IMG/VR virus record: IMGVR_UViG_3300031963_000147
Span: 1 to 62,080 of that record
Source of the DNA: a virus
Taxonomy: Duplodnaviria > Caudoviricetes
Length of the DNA: 62,080 nucleotides
Direction: 5' to 3' (one strand)
In this document: in pieces, positions 41,886-50,748 of the stretch
Layout of the letters: each line of letters opens with the position of its first letter
How positions within the stretch are numbered: the first letter of the stretch is position 1
Program-made: the position numbers and the translations under genes
Notes under the pieces: model-generated
Database searches by the model: none
What the model saw: the letters and a program-made list of their open reading frames with translations, nothing else
What the model was told of the DNA's origin: nothing

Positions 41886-41891
41886 TGGATG

Positions 41892-41899
41892 CAAAACTA
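41892..41899 (-). promoter_or_regulatory. Bacteroidota -7 element
   Basis: TAGTTTTG 6 nt before the portal ATG. Confidence 0.55.
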
Positions 41900-41903
41900 T
41901 AAA

Positions 41904-44384
41904 TTATTCTCCATCAAGTGCAAAATCGTATAAATCAGTTCCGTCAAACACATTTGAGCTCTGATCCATTACGTCTGCATAATGTGATTCAGACCCCATC
42001 AGCGCAACTCCAAGCGCCGCCACAAGGTCGTTCTTTGGAAGATCATCTGGTGTTTCAACTTGGGAAATTTGTTCACACAGTTCCAGTGATGATTCTCTTT
42101 GGATGTCATATCTCACATAGTCACGCACTGAATTAAGAAGACGTTGCTTTTCTTCTCCCTGTGTTCGAACTCCGGGAAAATCGTTCAATCTTCCGGTGAC
42201 TGGATCAATCAAGTAGAGAATGTATCCCCAAACTTTCCATTCCCTGAATTTCTTCAGGATGACGGTCACGTTTGTTTCTGTTGATACATAAGAGCCATAC
42301 AATACGGCTGCCATCAACATATCTTCTGCATATTCATCCGTAGTGTCTGGCCTGTACAGATAGGTAAGGGCCGTGGTCCGGCTTTTCCAAATGTTACGTG
42401 GTGTACCGTCCGGATCTGCTTGGAAGTCTCTTTTGTAGTGCATTACGCCGCCTCCTTTGGACAGCTTTTTACTTCGGGTATCTTTCAGGTCGTATGCAAA
42501 CGGGTCAGTACCAAGAACAAATCGGTGGCGGACCGATTGTGATGGTCCCCACCATCCAGAAATTGAATCGTATTCCTTTTTGTTTTTCCATTCATCCGCC
42601 GGCTGGATATACATTTTGAATTTTCCTTTGCCTGGCTCTGCATCCTTGATTAAAACATTGGAAAGTTCATTTGTCTTCAGAAGAATGCCGTTTACTTCTT
42701 TGTGCTTAAACATGCTTCCGCCTTCCCATTCCAGATTCACTTCTCTTCCCTGCGGAGCTTCAGTGTCAAATTGCAAATACTCAATTTGCTTATTTAAACC
42801 CTCCATGTCCCATGTGTCTTGCGCTTGCGGAGGTCGGCTTGCTTCTCGAATATTGAAAGGATTGTTTCGAACTAAATAATCATACGTTTCGTAGTCTCCT
42901 ATCTCTTTAGCGGCAAGGCGTTCGCCGTTCAAATACGTTCTGCCTCCAATGTGCATTAATTCTCCCTTCAGATTGATATACGGCTCTTCCGGATCTTCAA
43001 TGATTGATTCTCCAAATTCATCAATACACTTGTCAAATCCATCAAAAGCAGGATTGAACAATGCAACAAGCCACGAAGGTGTTCTGCCTATATCAGTCCT
43101 TTTGTGATTGACCGACATCATAAATAACTGGAAGAATTCCCTTCCACCACCGGTAAACTGACCAAATGTGGAGAAGTACATGGCAAAACCAATGATCTCG
43201 TTGGAAACAGAAAGCGTCTCCCTGATCGTCCCCATGTGATCTTCTACAATACCTCCCTGCTCGTCCTTTCCGGATTCATCATTTCCATAGGTCCATAATC
43301 TGTTTCCGTCTACTGAAGTCATCTTCGAAGTACGAATAAGAATCTGGCCGTTGTGAGGACTTAATCCCAGATCAATAGCGCCTCTGTTCTTCGGTGAAAA
43401 GACTATCTTCTCTTCATAAACTCTGTGAGACGGCTTAAAGAAAAAAGGAACCGCCAAAAATGGAATCTTGACTTTCTCGGTATAAACGTCATCTTTTGCA
43501 GTGGTTTCTGATCTGGCCTGAATGATAAACCTTTCGCCTTTTGCCCGGAGCGTGCGGCAAACTCCTTTGCATCCCATGATGTAGGTCTTACCCTGTCCGC
43601 GCCTGGTTGCCCATACTACTCCGGCAATCGTTCTCTCTCCTTTGACTGTGCCTCCTTTTGAAGTATCAATCACATAAAATCCTTCATCCAGCTCGTAGTA
43701 GTTAATTCCCATGCGCTTTACATACATCAGCGCTGAGTTTTTCAAATTGAAATAACGTTCTACAATTTTGCCTTTTTCTTTACATGTCAGCTTGAATGTG
43801 TAATAGGCATCGGTAGTTGTTTCTGCCCACTTCAGGAATATGAATGTTCTTCGATCAATGTCACGATAAAACGGAAGCCCGTCTTCGCGTGATCGGTTCA
43901 TAATCGGATAGAATCCCAGGTAGAAATAGTGATCTCCGTCTATGTACGTTGGTCTGCCATTGATAAAACAGAACCATCCGTCTATCCACCTGTTTTTGGT
44001 CGTCTTAATCCATTGCAGTTCTGATTCATATTCTGCGGGATTCTCTTCAATCGCGTCCCAGATTTGTTCAGGCTCAGGAAATACCGGTTTCTTTTCTTTT
44101 CGACTTAATTCATCTGCCAGTGTTTGAACAAGCGTCTGAATTTTTGCCGGAACCTCAAAAATTTTCATCTTGTCCCGGTAGTAGTCAAACTTCTGTTTCT
44201 TCGGGCTCAGCCCATATCCGGGAATTTCTTTGATTAACTCTTCGTATGGAAGATTCTTGTACGCAAAAAAGGATTCAACAGTGGGAATTTCAAGACAAAT
44301 AGCAAATTCTCCATTTTTCCCTCCTAAATCAGCATCGTACTGATTGTAGTAGATATGCGTTTGCTCTTTCTTGTATTCAAACAT
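41904..44384 (-). CDS. terL: Terminase large subunit
   Basis: G.WCFING.PTYI.G.HY.YL, Walker A TRRGQGKT, Walker B YGNDESGK, nuclease GTDPF, YLYRP, ETN and D.VAA motifs. Confidence 0.88.
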   Translation of the reverse strand: MFEYKKEQTHIYYNQYDADLGGKNGEFAICLEIPTVESFFAYKNLPYEELIKEIPGYGLSPKKQKFDYYRDKMKIFEVPAKIQTLVQTLADELSRKEKKPVFPEPEQIWDAIEENPAEYESELQWIKTTKNRWIDGWFCFINGRPTYIDGDHYFYLGFYPIMNRSREDGLPFYRDIDRRTFIFLKWAETTTDAYYTFKLTCKEKGKIVERYFNLKNSALMYVKRMGINYYELDEGFYVIDTSKGGTVKGERTIAGVVWATRRGQGKTYIMGCKGVCRTLRAKGERFIIQARSETTAKDDVYTEKVKIPFLAVPFFFKPSHRVYEEKIVFSPKNRGAIDLGLSPHNGQILIRTSKMTSVDGNRLWTYGNDESGKDEQGGIVEDHMGTIRETLSVSNEIIGFAMYFSTFGQFTGGGREFFQLFMMSVNHKRTDIGRTPSWLVALFNPAFDGFDKCIDEFGESIIEDPEEPYINLKGELMHIGGRTYLNGERLAAKEIGDYETYDYLVRNNPFNIREASRPPQAQDTWDMEGLNKQIEYLQFDTEAPQGREVNLEWEGGSMFKHKEVNGILLKTNELSNVLIKDAEPGKGKFKMYIQPADEWKNKKEYDSISGWWGPSQSVRHRFVLGTDPFAYDLKDTRSKKLSKGGGVMHYKRDFQADPDGTPRNIWKSRTTALTYLYRPDTTDEYAEDMLMAAVLYGSYVSTETNVTVILKKFREWKVWGYILYLIDPVTGRLNDFPGVRTQGEEKQRLLNSVRDYVRYDIQRESSLELCEQISQVETPDDLPKNDLVAALGVALMGSESHYADVMDQSSNVFDGTDLYDFALDGE

Positions 44385-44390
44385 CAATCA

Positions 44391-44398
44391 CAAAAGTA
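44391..44398 (-). promoter_or_regulatory. Bacteroidota -7 element
   Basis: TACTTTTG 6 nt before the TerL ATG at 44384. Confidence 0.55.
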
Positions 44399-44810
44399 TG
44401 TGATTTTTTTTTAGACTTTAACTGTAAAGATTATTGTTATGAATAAAGAACTTCGGGTGTTTGATGCTGAGGAAAAGCACAGTTGTCCCATCCTTGCGTA
44501 AACAAGTCTGGACTGTACTTGATCCGGATAACTTCGGTATGTCTCGACGCCTCGGATTCGCACATTCATGTATGCAGAACATGAAATTTGCATCCATCGT
44601 TGAGCGTTATCTGCCTCGCTCCTGCTTCGGGTCTGATGCTTGTCTTCCCGCCTGAATTTCGCAGATCCAACAGTTTCAGGTTGTGTGCTATACCGCTGCT
44701 GTTAACCAACCGGCCTCACCCGCCTTACGTGACGGTTTATTGTTTAAGCTCACTTTCTTGCTGCTGTTTCTTTGGCTCAAAGTGCGCAGAGAACCAAAGT
44801 TCAGGGCAAC

Positions 44811-44945
44811 AAAAAAGCCCGTGTGGAGACCGGGCCTTTCTGCTTATCGTTTCGGAGAAGTCTTTTAACTCTCCTCCACTTAGTCATCTCTCCACAATGA
44901 GTAAGTGTTCGATTGTATGTTTAAAACACATTCCGCTGAATGATC
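44811..44945 (-). ncRNA. Candidate ~130-nt small RNA / attenuator
   Basis: TTTG-N21-TATATTTG promoter (44982-44950); terminator GCCCG-GTCTCCACA-CGGGC-T6 (44835-44811); no credible ORF between them. Confidence 0.45.
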
Positions 44946-44989
44946 GGGACAAATATAAATCTCAATTTTTATTCAAAGCAAATTTATTT

Positions 44990-45172
44990 TCAAAAACCTC
45001 TGTCATACTTGGAAGTAAAATGCCAAAGGCCGCATTTTTCGCACAAATACGGGCGGATAGGTATTTTATCCTTCCGGAACCGCTGGCCTCTGTTTTTGGG
45101 GTGCTTCTTGTATTGATTCAGCACTGTGCGGGCCTCTTTTTCAGAAACAAATCCTTTTTTCGAGCAAGCCAT
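44990..45172 (-). CDS. Small basic Zn-finger-like protein
   Basis: C.KK.F.....A...RPY.C..CG.WH.TS pattern; TACCTTTG -7 box 5 nt upstream. Confidence 0.65.
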   Translation of the reverse strand: MACSKKGFVSEKEARTVLNQYKKHPKNRGQRFRKDKIPIRPYLCEKCGLWHFTSKYDRGF

Positions 45173-45187
45173 AGGCGCAAAGGTAAA

Positions 45188-45784
45188 TCACTTCCTGTAC
45201 TTCTGGTATTTTGCCGTTAGCCGGTGACTGTACCTGGATGGAACATCCTTTTTGGTGTAATCCCACATGATCTGAACCCACAGCCTGTCTTCAATGGTGT
45301 GTTTTCCGGAAAGTATGCGCTTGATCCGCATGTGCCTGGTTACAAAGTTTGGCTCCAGAGCAATAAAAAGGTGGTCGATCATCAACGCCCGGTATTTCGG
45401 CATGTGCACCGACTTGAAAAATTGTGATTCACCTATTTTGTCGATTGTGGCCTGCATCAATCCGCGTATGCGAAGATCTTCGGCCACAGACAACAGTTTT
45501 GAAGCCCGTCTTTTTTTTGCCTTCCTGTGCATGATGGTGATTGCGTTTTTCTTTTTCCTGTATTCCTGTTTGCGCAGGACTTTTTCCCACATATCTACCA
45601 CTGAGTGATCCCAGTTTATGTTCCCTTTGCGTAAAATATTCGCATACCGGTCTCTTGGCCTTCTGCCATTGTACATTTTGAACAACGACCGGATAGAATA
45701 GCGATTTATAGCTACTCTCTTCACTATTGCAGCGGCCTTATGGTAATCTTTTGCGCTTGGCATATACCCTGTATGAATCAGCAA
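45188..45784 (-). CDS. Basic hypothetical protein (true start may be the ATG at 45763)
   Basis: Up to 198 aa, very K/R-rich, possibly nucleic-acid binding. Confidence 0.6.
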   Translation of the reverse strand: MLIHTGYMPSAKDYHKAAAIVKRVAINRYSIRSLFKMYNGRRPRDRYANILRKGNINWDHSVVDMWEKVLRKQEYRKKKNAITIMHRKAKKRRASKLLSVAEDLRIRGLMQATIDKIGESQFFKSVHMPKYRALMIDHLFIALEPNFVTRHMRIKRILSGKHTIEDRLWVQIMWDYTKKDVPSRYSHRLTAKYQKYRK

Positions 45785-45956
45785 ACCTTATGTGCTCCGG
45801 AACGCAGATAAAAACCGTTCCCTCAGTGGATTCAATGATGCCAATAGTGTTGCCATTGAAAACACCCCATTTATGGAATATTCCGAGGTGAGCGCCCATA
45901 AAATTGGCTTTGCGCTGCTCGTCCATTTTGTAAAAAAGAACTCGTCTGCCTGTCAT
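45738..45956 (-). CDS. Hypothetical protein (72 aa)
   Basis: ATG at 45956 overlaps the upstream stop (ATGA); G.FHKWG......IIE..EG.V....PE.IRF pattern seen in small phage proteins. Confidence 0.55.
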   Translation of the reverse strand: MTGRRVLFYKMDEQRKANFMGAHLGIFHKWGVFNGNTIGIIESTEGTVFICVPEHIRFADSYRVYAKRKRLP

Positions 45957-46633
45957 GCGCTTGCGTCTTTGTAAACGGATTGTGATTTTGCCCTGGATGG
46001 AACCGCCGGAACTTTTGGGATGATCGCCCAAGTTTCTTCCGGGCGAACATTCAGGTATGATTGAGCGACAAAAACTTCCAACTGGTATTCCTCAATGATC
46101 TTGGCCTCCTTCTGCATTAACCTGTCTTTGGCTTCCTCGTACTGCTTTCTTGTCTGCTCGATAAGCTGGCGCAGCTTCAATGAATCTTCCACGGTGAGAT
46201 CCTTGTAATCGTCCGTCTGGGAGAATTCGAGCCATTTATGCAGCTCTGATTCAGCGTGAATCATAATCTGGAAGTCAATCGGGTATTGCAGAGACCTGAA
46301 TACAACCGACTTCTTATTCACCGACGGAACCTTGTTCAACAACATGAATTCTATTGCCGGAGGATACCTGCCCTCTGGTCCTGTTTCTATTCCCAATTCC
46401 TTCATTACCCAGTTTTTCCGCTTACCAACGTGCTTTTGCTGGTCAATAGCCGGTGATCCTGGAGAATACATCAGTATGAGATACTTTAGGACAAACGCCG
46501 GATCGAGACTTTTCCCGTCCGGCGTTTGAAATAGTTCTTTGAACGGAACAAGGTCCGGAAATTCAAATACCTCTTCATCTGATTTAATCAGGTGAATCGG
46601 GTACTTAATTTTTTTGTACAGGTTCTTGTCCAT
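45953..46633 (-). CDS. Hypothetical protein (terminase small subunit candidate)
   Basis: About 226 aa, helical with a coiled C-terminal half, upstream of TerL; function is positional inference only. Confidence 0.4.
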   Translation of the reverse strand: MDKNLYKKIKYPIHLIKSDEEVFEFPDLVPFKELFQTPDGKSLDPAFVLKYLILMYSPGSPAIDQQKHVGKRKNWVMKELGIETGPEGRYPPAIEFMLLNKVPSVNKKSVVFRSLQYPIDFQIMIHAESELHKWLEFSQTDDYKDLTVEDSLKLRQLIEQTRKQYEEAKDRLMQKEAKIIEEYQLEVFVAQSYLNVRPEETWAIIPKVPAVPSRAKSQSVYKDASA

Positions 46634-46892
46634 TCTCTTCTGTGATGATTCCAATCAGCCCCAATTCATCCTGAAACAGCAGAAAATCTGCTCCGTCGAT
46701 CTGAATTTCCTGTCCTGTTCCCGATGGAAACAGAACGCGGTCTCCTACCTTGTAGTCATTGACTTCCGGACCAACACTGTAAACGTGCCCCAGACTTGGA
46801 GCCTTTTTAGATCCGTCCGGAATGTCAATTCCTATTTCACTGAGTGTTGGCTGAGGTGTGACCAGCACTTTTTTTCCTTTTACCTGTATCAT
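46605..46892 (-). CDS. groES: Co-chaperonin GroES
   Basis: KVLV...GIDIPD......G.VYSVGP.V...KVGDRVLF....G.EI.IDG..FL...E..LIGII. Confidence 0.92.
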   Translation of the reverse strand: MIQVKGKKVLVTPQPTLSEIGIDIPDGSKKAPSLGHVYSVGPEVNDYKVGDRVLFPSGTGQEIQIDGADFLLFQDELGLIGIITEENGQEPVQKN

Positions 46893-48469
46893 TTTTGATC
46901 GTTGTTTACAATAAGGGTGTCTGTGATTAAGAAAAGCGCCGCTACCGATGCTGCATTCTGCAAAGCTACTCGAAGCACTTTTGCTGGGTCAATAATTCCC
47001 AGTGAAGTGAGGTCTGAAACAAACCTTTTGGAGCGCATGTCGTAACCTTCATTCATTGCTGAAGGAAAACGCGGCGTATCTATTCCTCCGTTTGAAGTAT
47101 TCTTCATGTACGGAACCGCAAGAGCATTGTACACGATGTTTCTTCCCATGGATTCATCCACAGACAAATTGTTTTCTGATTGAAGGCATTCACGAAGAAT
47201 GAAGAACGTTGAACCTCCGCCTGGAAGATACCCTTCTTCAAATGCCGCCCGTGTAGCATTGATCGCGTCGTCTACGCGGTCAATTTTTTCGTTCAGTTCA
47301 CTACTGGTCTGTCCGCCGACTTTGAGAACGGCTACCTTACCAGACAAACGGGAAACCCGGTTTCTCATTTGATGATGTGTAGGAGAATCCCCGTCAATTT
47401 CAGCCATTTGCCGGCGAATACCGTTGATTCTTTCATCAGGATTTCCAGCACCTTCAAAAAGAATGGTGTTTTTCTCAGAAACCGTGACCTTTTTGACAAA
47501 TCCAAGTTTCTTGATGTCCTTTTGCGCCCGTTCTCCGGAATCTTTTGAATAGAAGTGTGCACCGGTGTACGCGCAAATATCCATGGCGATTTCCTTTCTC
47601 AAACTACCGTATTCCGGAAGCATCACTACGGATGCACGGATCAATCCTTTCAGGTGGTTGCCCAGAACTGTTGCCAGGGCCTCTCCTTCCATTCCGGAAC
47701 AAAAGAAGATGATTGGCTTGGGCTGCACTTCTTTCTCAGCAGCTTCTTTGATAACCGGCGTCAGGATGGATTCAATGTCAACGAATGAGTTGATGATTGA
47801 ATCTGTGACAAAAACGTAACAGTTTTCGGCTTCAAACGTTTGCTTTTGCTCGTTGTTTACCAGTTGAAAATGGAACCATCCGGACCCTACTTTCATGCCG
47901 GAAACAATTTCGGTGTACGTTTTTGTCGTTTCAGACGGCTCGTAAGCGACTTCTCCGCCCTTACCAACCGACCAGAACGCCTTTCCGATCAATTCCCCAA
48001 GCTCCCGATCATTGTTTGCTGATATGGTGGCAATATCAATCAGTTGTTTTTCCGTTTCGATCTGCATAGATGATTCAGAAATAGCCTTCACCACACGATC
48101 AACCGCATCTTCAATTCCGGACTTGACAAATACCGGTGAAGCACCTTCAGAGATCATCTTAAATCCTTCTTCAATGATGGCGTGTGTCAGCACGCAAGCC
48201 GTTGTGGTTCCGTCTCCGGCCATGTTCACTGTTTTTACGGCTGCTTCTTTAATGATAAGCGCTCCTTGATTTTCCGCGTGGTCCGCAAGCTCGATATGAC
48301 GAGCAACAGTCACCCCGTCTTTTGTGTTTTTGGGAACGCCGGCAGGCATTTCTATTACCACGTTTCTTCCTGCAGCACCAAGCGTGCTACCAACGGCAGT
48401 GGCTACCGTTTTCATTCCGGAGAACAGCTTTTTTTTGGCTTCTACGGAGAACAATACTGTTTTGCTCAT
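46889..48469 (-). CDS. groEL: Chaperonin GroEL
   Basis: TLG..GRNV, TKDGVTVA, AGDGTTT, TISAN, KVGG....E...K.DRVDDA..AT.AA.EEG..PGGG, GIIDPAKV.R.ALQNA; no GGM tail. Confidence 0.97.
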   Translation of the reverse strand: MSKTVLFSVEAKKKLFSGMKTVATAVGSTLGAAGRNVVIEMPAGVPKNTKDGVTVARHIELADHAENQGALIIKEAAVKTVNMAGDGTTTACVLTHAIIEEGFKMISEGASPVFVKSGIEDAVDRVVKAISESSMQIETEKQLIDIATISANNDRELGELIGKAFWSVGKGGEVAYEPSETTKTYTEIVSGMKVGSGWFHFQLVNNEQKQTFEAENCYVFVTDSIINSFVDIESILTPVIKEAAEKEVQPKPIIFFCSGMEGEALATVLGNHLKGLIRASVVMLPEYGSLRKEIAMDICAYTGAHFYSKDSGERAQKDIKKLGFVKKVTVSEKNTILFEGAGNPDERINGIRRQMAEIDGDSPTHHQMRNRVSRLSGKVAVLKVGGQTSSELNEKIDRVDDAINATRAAFEEGYLPGGGSTFFILRECLQSENNLSVDESMGRNIVYNALAVPYMKNTSNGGIDTPRFPSAMNEGYDMRSKRFVSDLTSLGIIDPAKVLRVALQNAASVAALFLITDTLIVNNDQK

Positions 48470-48472
48470 AAT

Positions 48473-49423
48473 TTATCTGATGGTTTTTGATTTACTGAAT
48501 GAAACTGATTCCTCCTCGATGGACAAAAGAGCGTATTCCTTTTTGAAATAGTAATACTCAGTGTCCAGGGTCCTGATCGCGTCGGGTTCCAAAATTATTG
48601 GAGGAATGGCGGGATTTATCACAAGCCTTTCTCCTTTTACAAACCCGTCTGGCGTGCTGCAGGCAGACCGGTAAATGTCAATTCCATGCCTGCGGGCACG
48701 ATCATTTGGAGCCCAAAGCAGTTTTTTGATCTCGTTTTCTTCCTTGGTGCACACCATGTACCCGTTCAGTGGAACCAGACCAGAAGAAGTGTTTTTGCAG
48801 ATCAATTCTTTGTAAGGAATGGTCACATACATGTTTCCGTCTACATCGTAAAAAAATGAATCAAAAATGTAGCTTCCTTCCCGGATTGTGTTGATGACGT
48901 ATTCACTGAAAAACACCTGATCGCCTTTTTTTATGTCAACCCAAGTGGATTTATCGAAATAAGAAGACACGATCATGTCTTTCTCGTTGTATGCGGATCT
49001 TGGTGCTTTTACCACAATCCCTTGGCGAACGGTGACGCGTGCATTTCCTTCGGTAGAATTCAGTTTCCCGATATTCATCCCGTTTTTGGATACTTCTGCG
49101 GTGACGTATGGAATTTTTATCAATACCCACCCGTCGTGCATCAGCATGTGGGATGCTTTACTTGGGTTTCCGCGAAACATCTTGTAGCAAAAGCGCTCAG
49201 GAATAACCGCATGTCTTCCGTTGTCGATCAAATTGAGCGACCCAAGCAAAAACATGACGTGATCTCCATACATGCACTGGCAGTCTCTTCCGGACATCAC
49301 TACACGGCCAAAATGAGGTGTTTTTACCTTGTCTTGCGGAATATAAAGCCCTGATTCACCTATTTCCTGAGTAGGAGCAACTGCAATTACAAGAGAATCT
49401 CTGGATGGATTTACAAAACTCAT
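48473..49423 (-). CDS. Protein with up to three tandem GroES-like domains
   Basis: Three segments with GroES-like patterns: PSRDSLVI..ESGLYIP..GRVV..GDHVMF; HDGWVLI..NG..I..GIVV..IKKGDQVFF; PLNGYMVC..LLW.P..VKGERLVI. Confidence 0.65.
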   Translation of the reverse strand: MSFVNPSRDSLVIAVAPTQEIGESGLYIPQDKVKTPHFGRVVMSGRDCQCMYGDHVMFLLGSLNLIDNGRHAVIPERFCYKMFRGNPSKASHMLMHDGWVLIKIPYVTAEVSKNGMNIGKLNSTEGNARVTVRQGIVVKAPRSAYNEKDMIVSSYFDKSTWVDIKKGDQVFFSEYVINTIREGSYIFDSFFYDVDGNMYVTIPYKELICKNTSSGLVPLNGYMVCTKEENEIKKLLWAPNDRARRHGIDIYRSACSTPDGFVKGERLVINPAIPPIILEPDAIRTLDTEYYYFKKEYALLSIEEESVSFSKSKTIR

Positions 49424-49596
49424 TCTTTTACCTCCTTCTTTGCTCTTTTAAGCGCACGGCGAATTTCATCGTCCAGTTTTTCCTGCACAAATTCTTTTAC
49501 TGCTTCTTCTCCTCCAAGAAGTTCAATATCGCATTTACGAATGCCGTAAGTCAGTGTTTTTTTCGCCTTGTGATCCGGCAGTTTTGTTCTTGACAT
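49420..49596 (-). CDS. Small basic protein (possible ribbon-helix-helix regulator)
   Basis: MSRTKLPDHKAKK...IELLGG.E.VKE; first gene of the late block, ATG at 49596. Confidence 0.5.
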   Translation of the reverse strand: MSRTKLPDHKAKKTLTYGIRKCDIELLGGEEAVKEFVQEKLDDEIRRALKRAKKEVKE

Positions 49597-49614
49597 AATG
49601 ACTGTTTGAAGATG

Positions 49615-49663
49615 CAATGTTAATAATAAATATGTTTTATTTATGAATTAATATTTATATTTG
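49615..49663. promoter_or_regulatory. Divergent AT-rich promoter region
   Basis: TATATTTG (+, 49656-49663) and TAACATTG (-, 49622-49615) back to back between divergent gene blocks. Confidence 0.6.
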
Positions 49664-49672
49664 TCCACAGAT

Positions 49673-49891
49673 ATGCTGTTCAATTTTAAATCAGAGCCGG
49701 TGACAAAAAAAGACGTGGCTTGTCCGTGTAGCGATTTTGTCGTTTCAATAGGTGCTTGTGCTTGCGCCAACATATCGGTAGAAAACCAGCAGCAAATGAG
49801 ATACAGGCACATGCTTTACAAGCCAAAATCAAATCTCGGAACCAAGCCAAAATCACTGGAACAAATTTTAAATCACGATAAACAGCCATGA
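49673..49891 (+). CDS. Hypothetical protein
   Basis: ATG 9 nt after the -7 box; ATGA overlap with the nuclease gene. Confidence 0.4.
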   Translation: MLFNFKSEPVTKKDVACPCSDFVVSIGACACANISVENQQQMRYRHMLYKPKSNLGTKPKSLEQILNHDKQP

Positions 49892-50646
49892 GCAGAACAA
49901 AACTTTTCTTTGACTTCGAATTTACCGGCCTTCACCAGAAAACTACACCTATATCTCTGGGCATCATGTCGGAACAGGGCCATTCGTTTTACGCTGAATT
50001 TTCCGATTATGATTCAGGGCAGTTAAATCAATGGATCATCGACAACGTAATGCCTCACTTGTCGGAAAAAGCAAAAATCAAATCAGGAAGTTTTGAAACA
50101 GTAGAAGTAAGCGACAAAAGTTTTGTTGTTTATGGAGACAAGATACGAATTGCCAACTGTTTAAACGGGTGGATTCAGCAATTTGAATCCGTTGAAATGT
50201 GGGGAGATTGCTTGGCCTATGACTGGGTATTGTTCTGCAATCTTTTTGGCGGAGCCCTTAACGTGCCACCAAACGTGTACTACATTCCTTTTGATTTGTG
50301 CACGCTTTTTCTGCAGAACGACATTGACCCTAATGTTGACCGGATTGAATGGGTTAAAAAACAATCTAGCTTCGGAAGTAATTTAGAAGGAAAAAAGCAC
50401 AACGCACTGTTTGACGCATCAATCATCGCTCAATGTGTAACAACAATACTACAAATAAAAGATCGCGTAGATCACTATCAGAACGAGATCCGGAAAATGA
50501 TGGATGTTATTGTTTACAACGGAGAAAACTATGCTGTTTTTGGCGGATTCATAAGCATGCGCATAAAAGATGGCAATAAGCCAACGGCAACAGTTTCTCG
50601 CGCAGCTCAAAACCAGTGCGTAAAAGAAATTTTGCCTGAAGGTTAG
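49888..50646 (+). CDS. DEDDh 3'-5' exonuclease (RNase AS/DUF5051-like)
   Basis: FFDFEFTGL (ExoI), AYDWV (ExoII), HNALFDA (ExoIII). Confidence 0.88.
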   Translation: MSRTKLFFDFEFTGLHQKTTPISLGIMSEQGHSFYAEFSDYDSGQLNQWIIDNVMPHLSEKAKIKSGSFETVEVSDKSFVVYGDKIRIANCLNGWIQQFESVEMWGDCLAYDWVLFCNLFGGALNVPPNVYYIPFDLCTLFLQNDIDPNVDRIEWVKKQSSFGSNLEGKKHNALFDASIIAQCVTTILQIKDRVDHYQNEIRKMMDVIVYNGENYAVFGGFISMRIKDGNKPTATVSRAAQNQCVKEILPEG

Positions 50647-50748
50647 CCTGCATGCGAACAATATTTTTCAAATATGAACGACGGCCTGAAAAACAAAATT
50701 TCAAACCACATTTTTCAATATCTCGAAACTTTTAAATCCTCAAATACA

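Noticed and set aside
9374-49354. Many + strand ORFs antisense to the structural genes (e.g. 23909-24652, 44588-45220)
   Set aside because: Mostly shadow frames of long - strand genes, with no recognisable motifs or start context.
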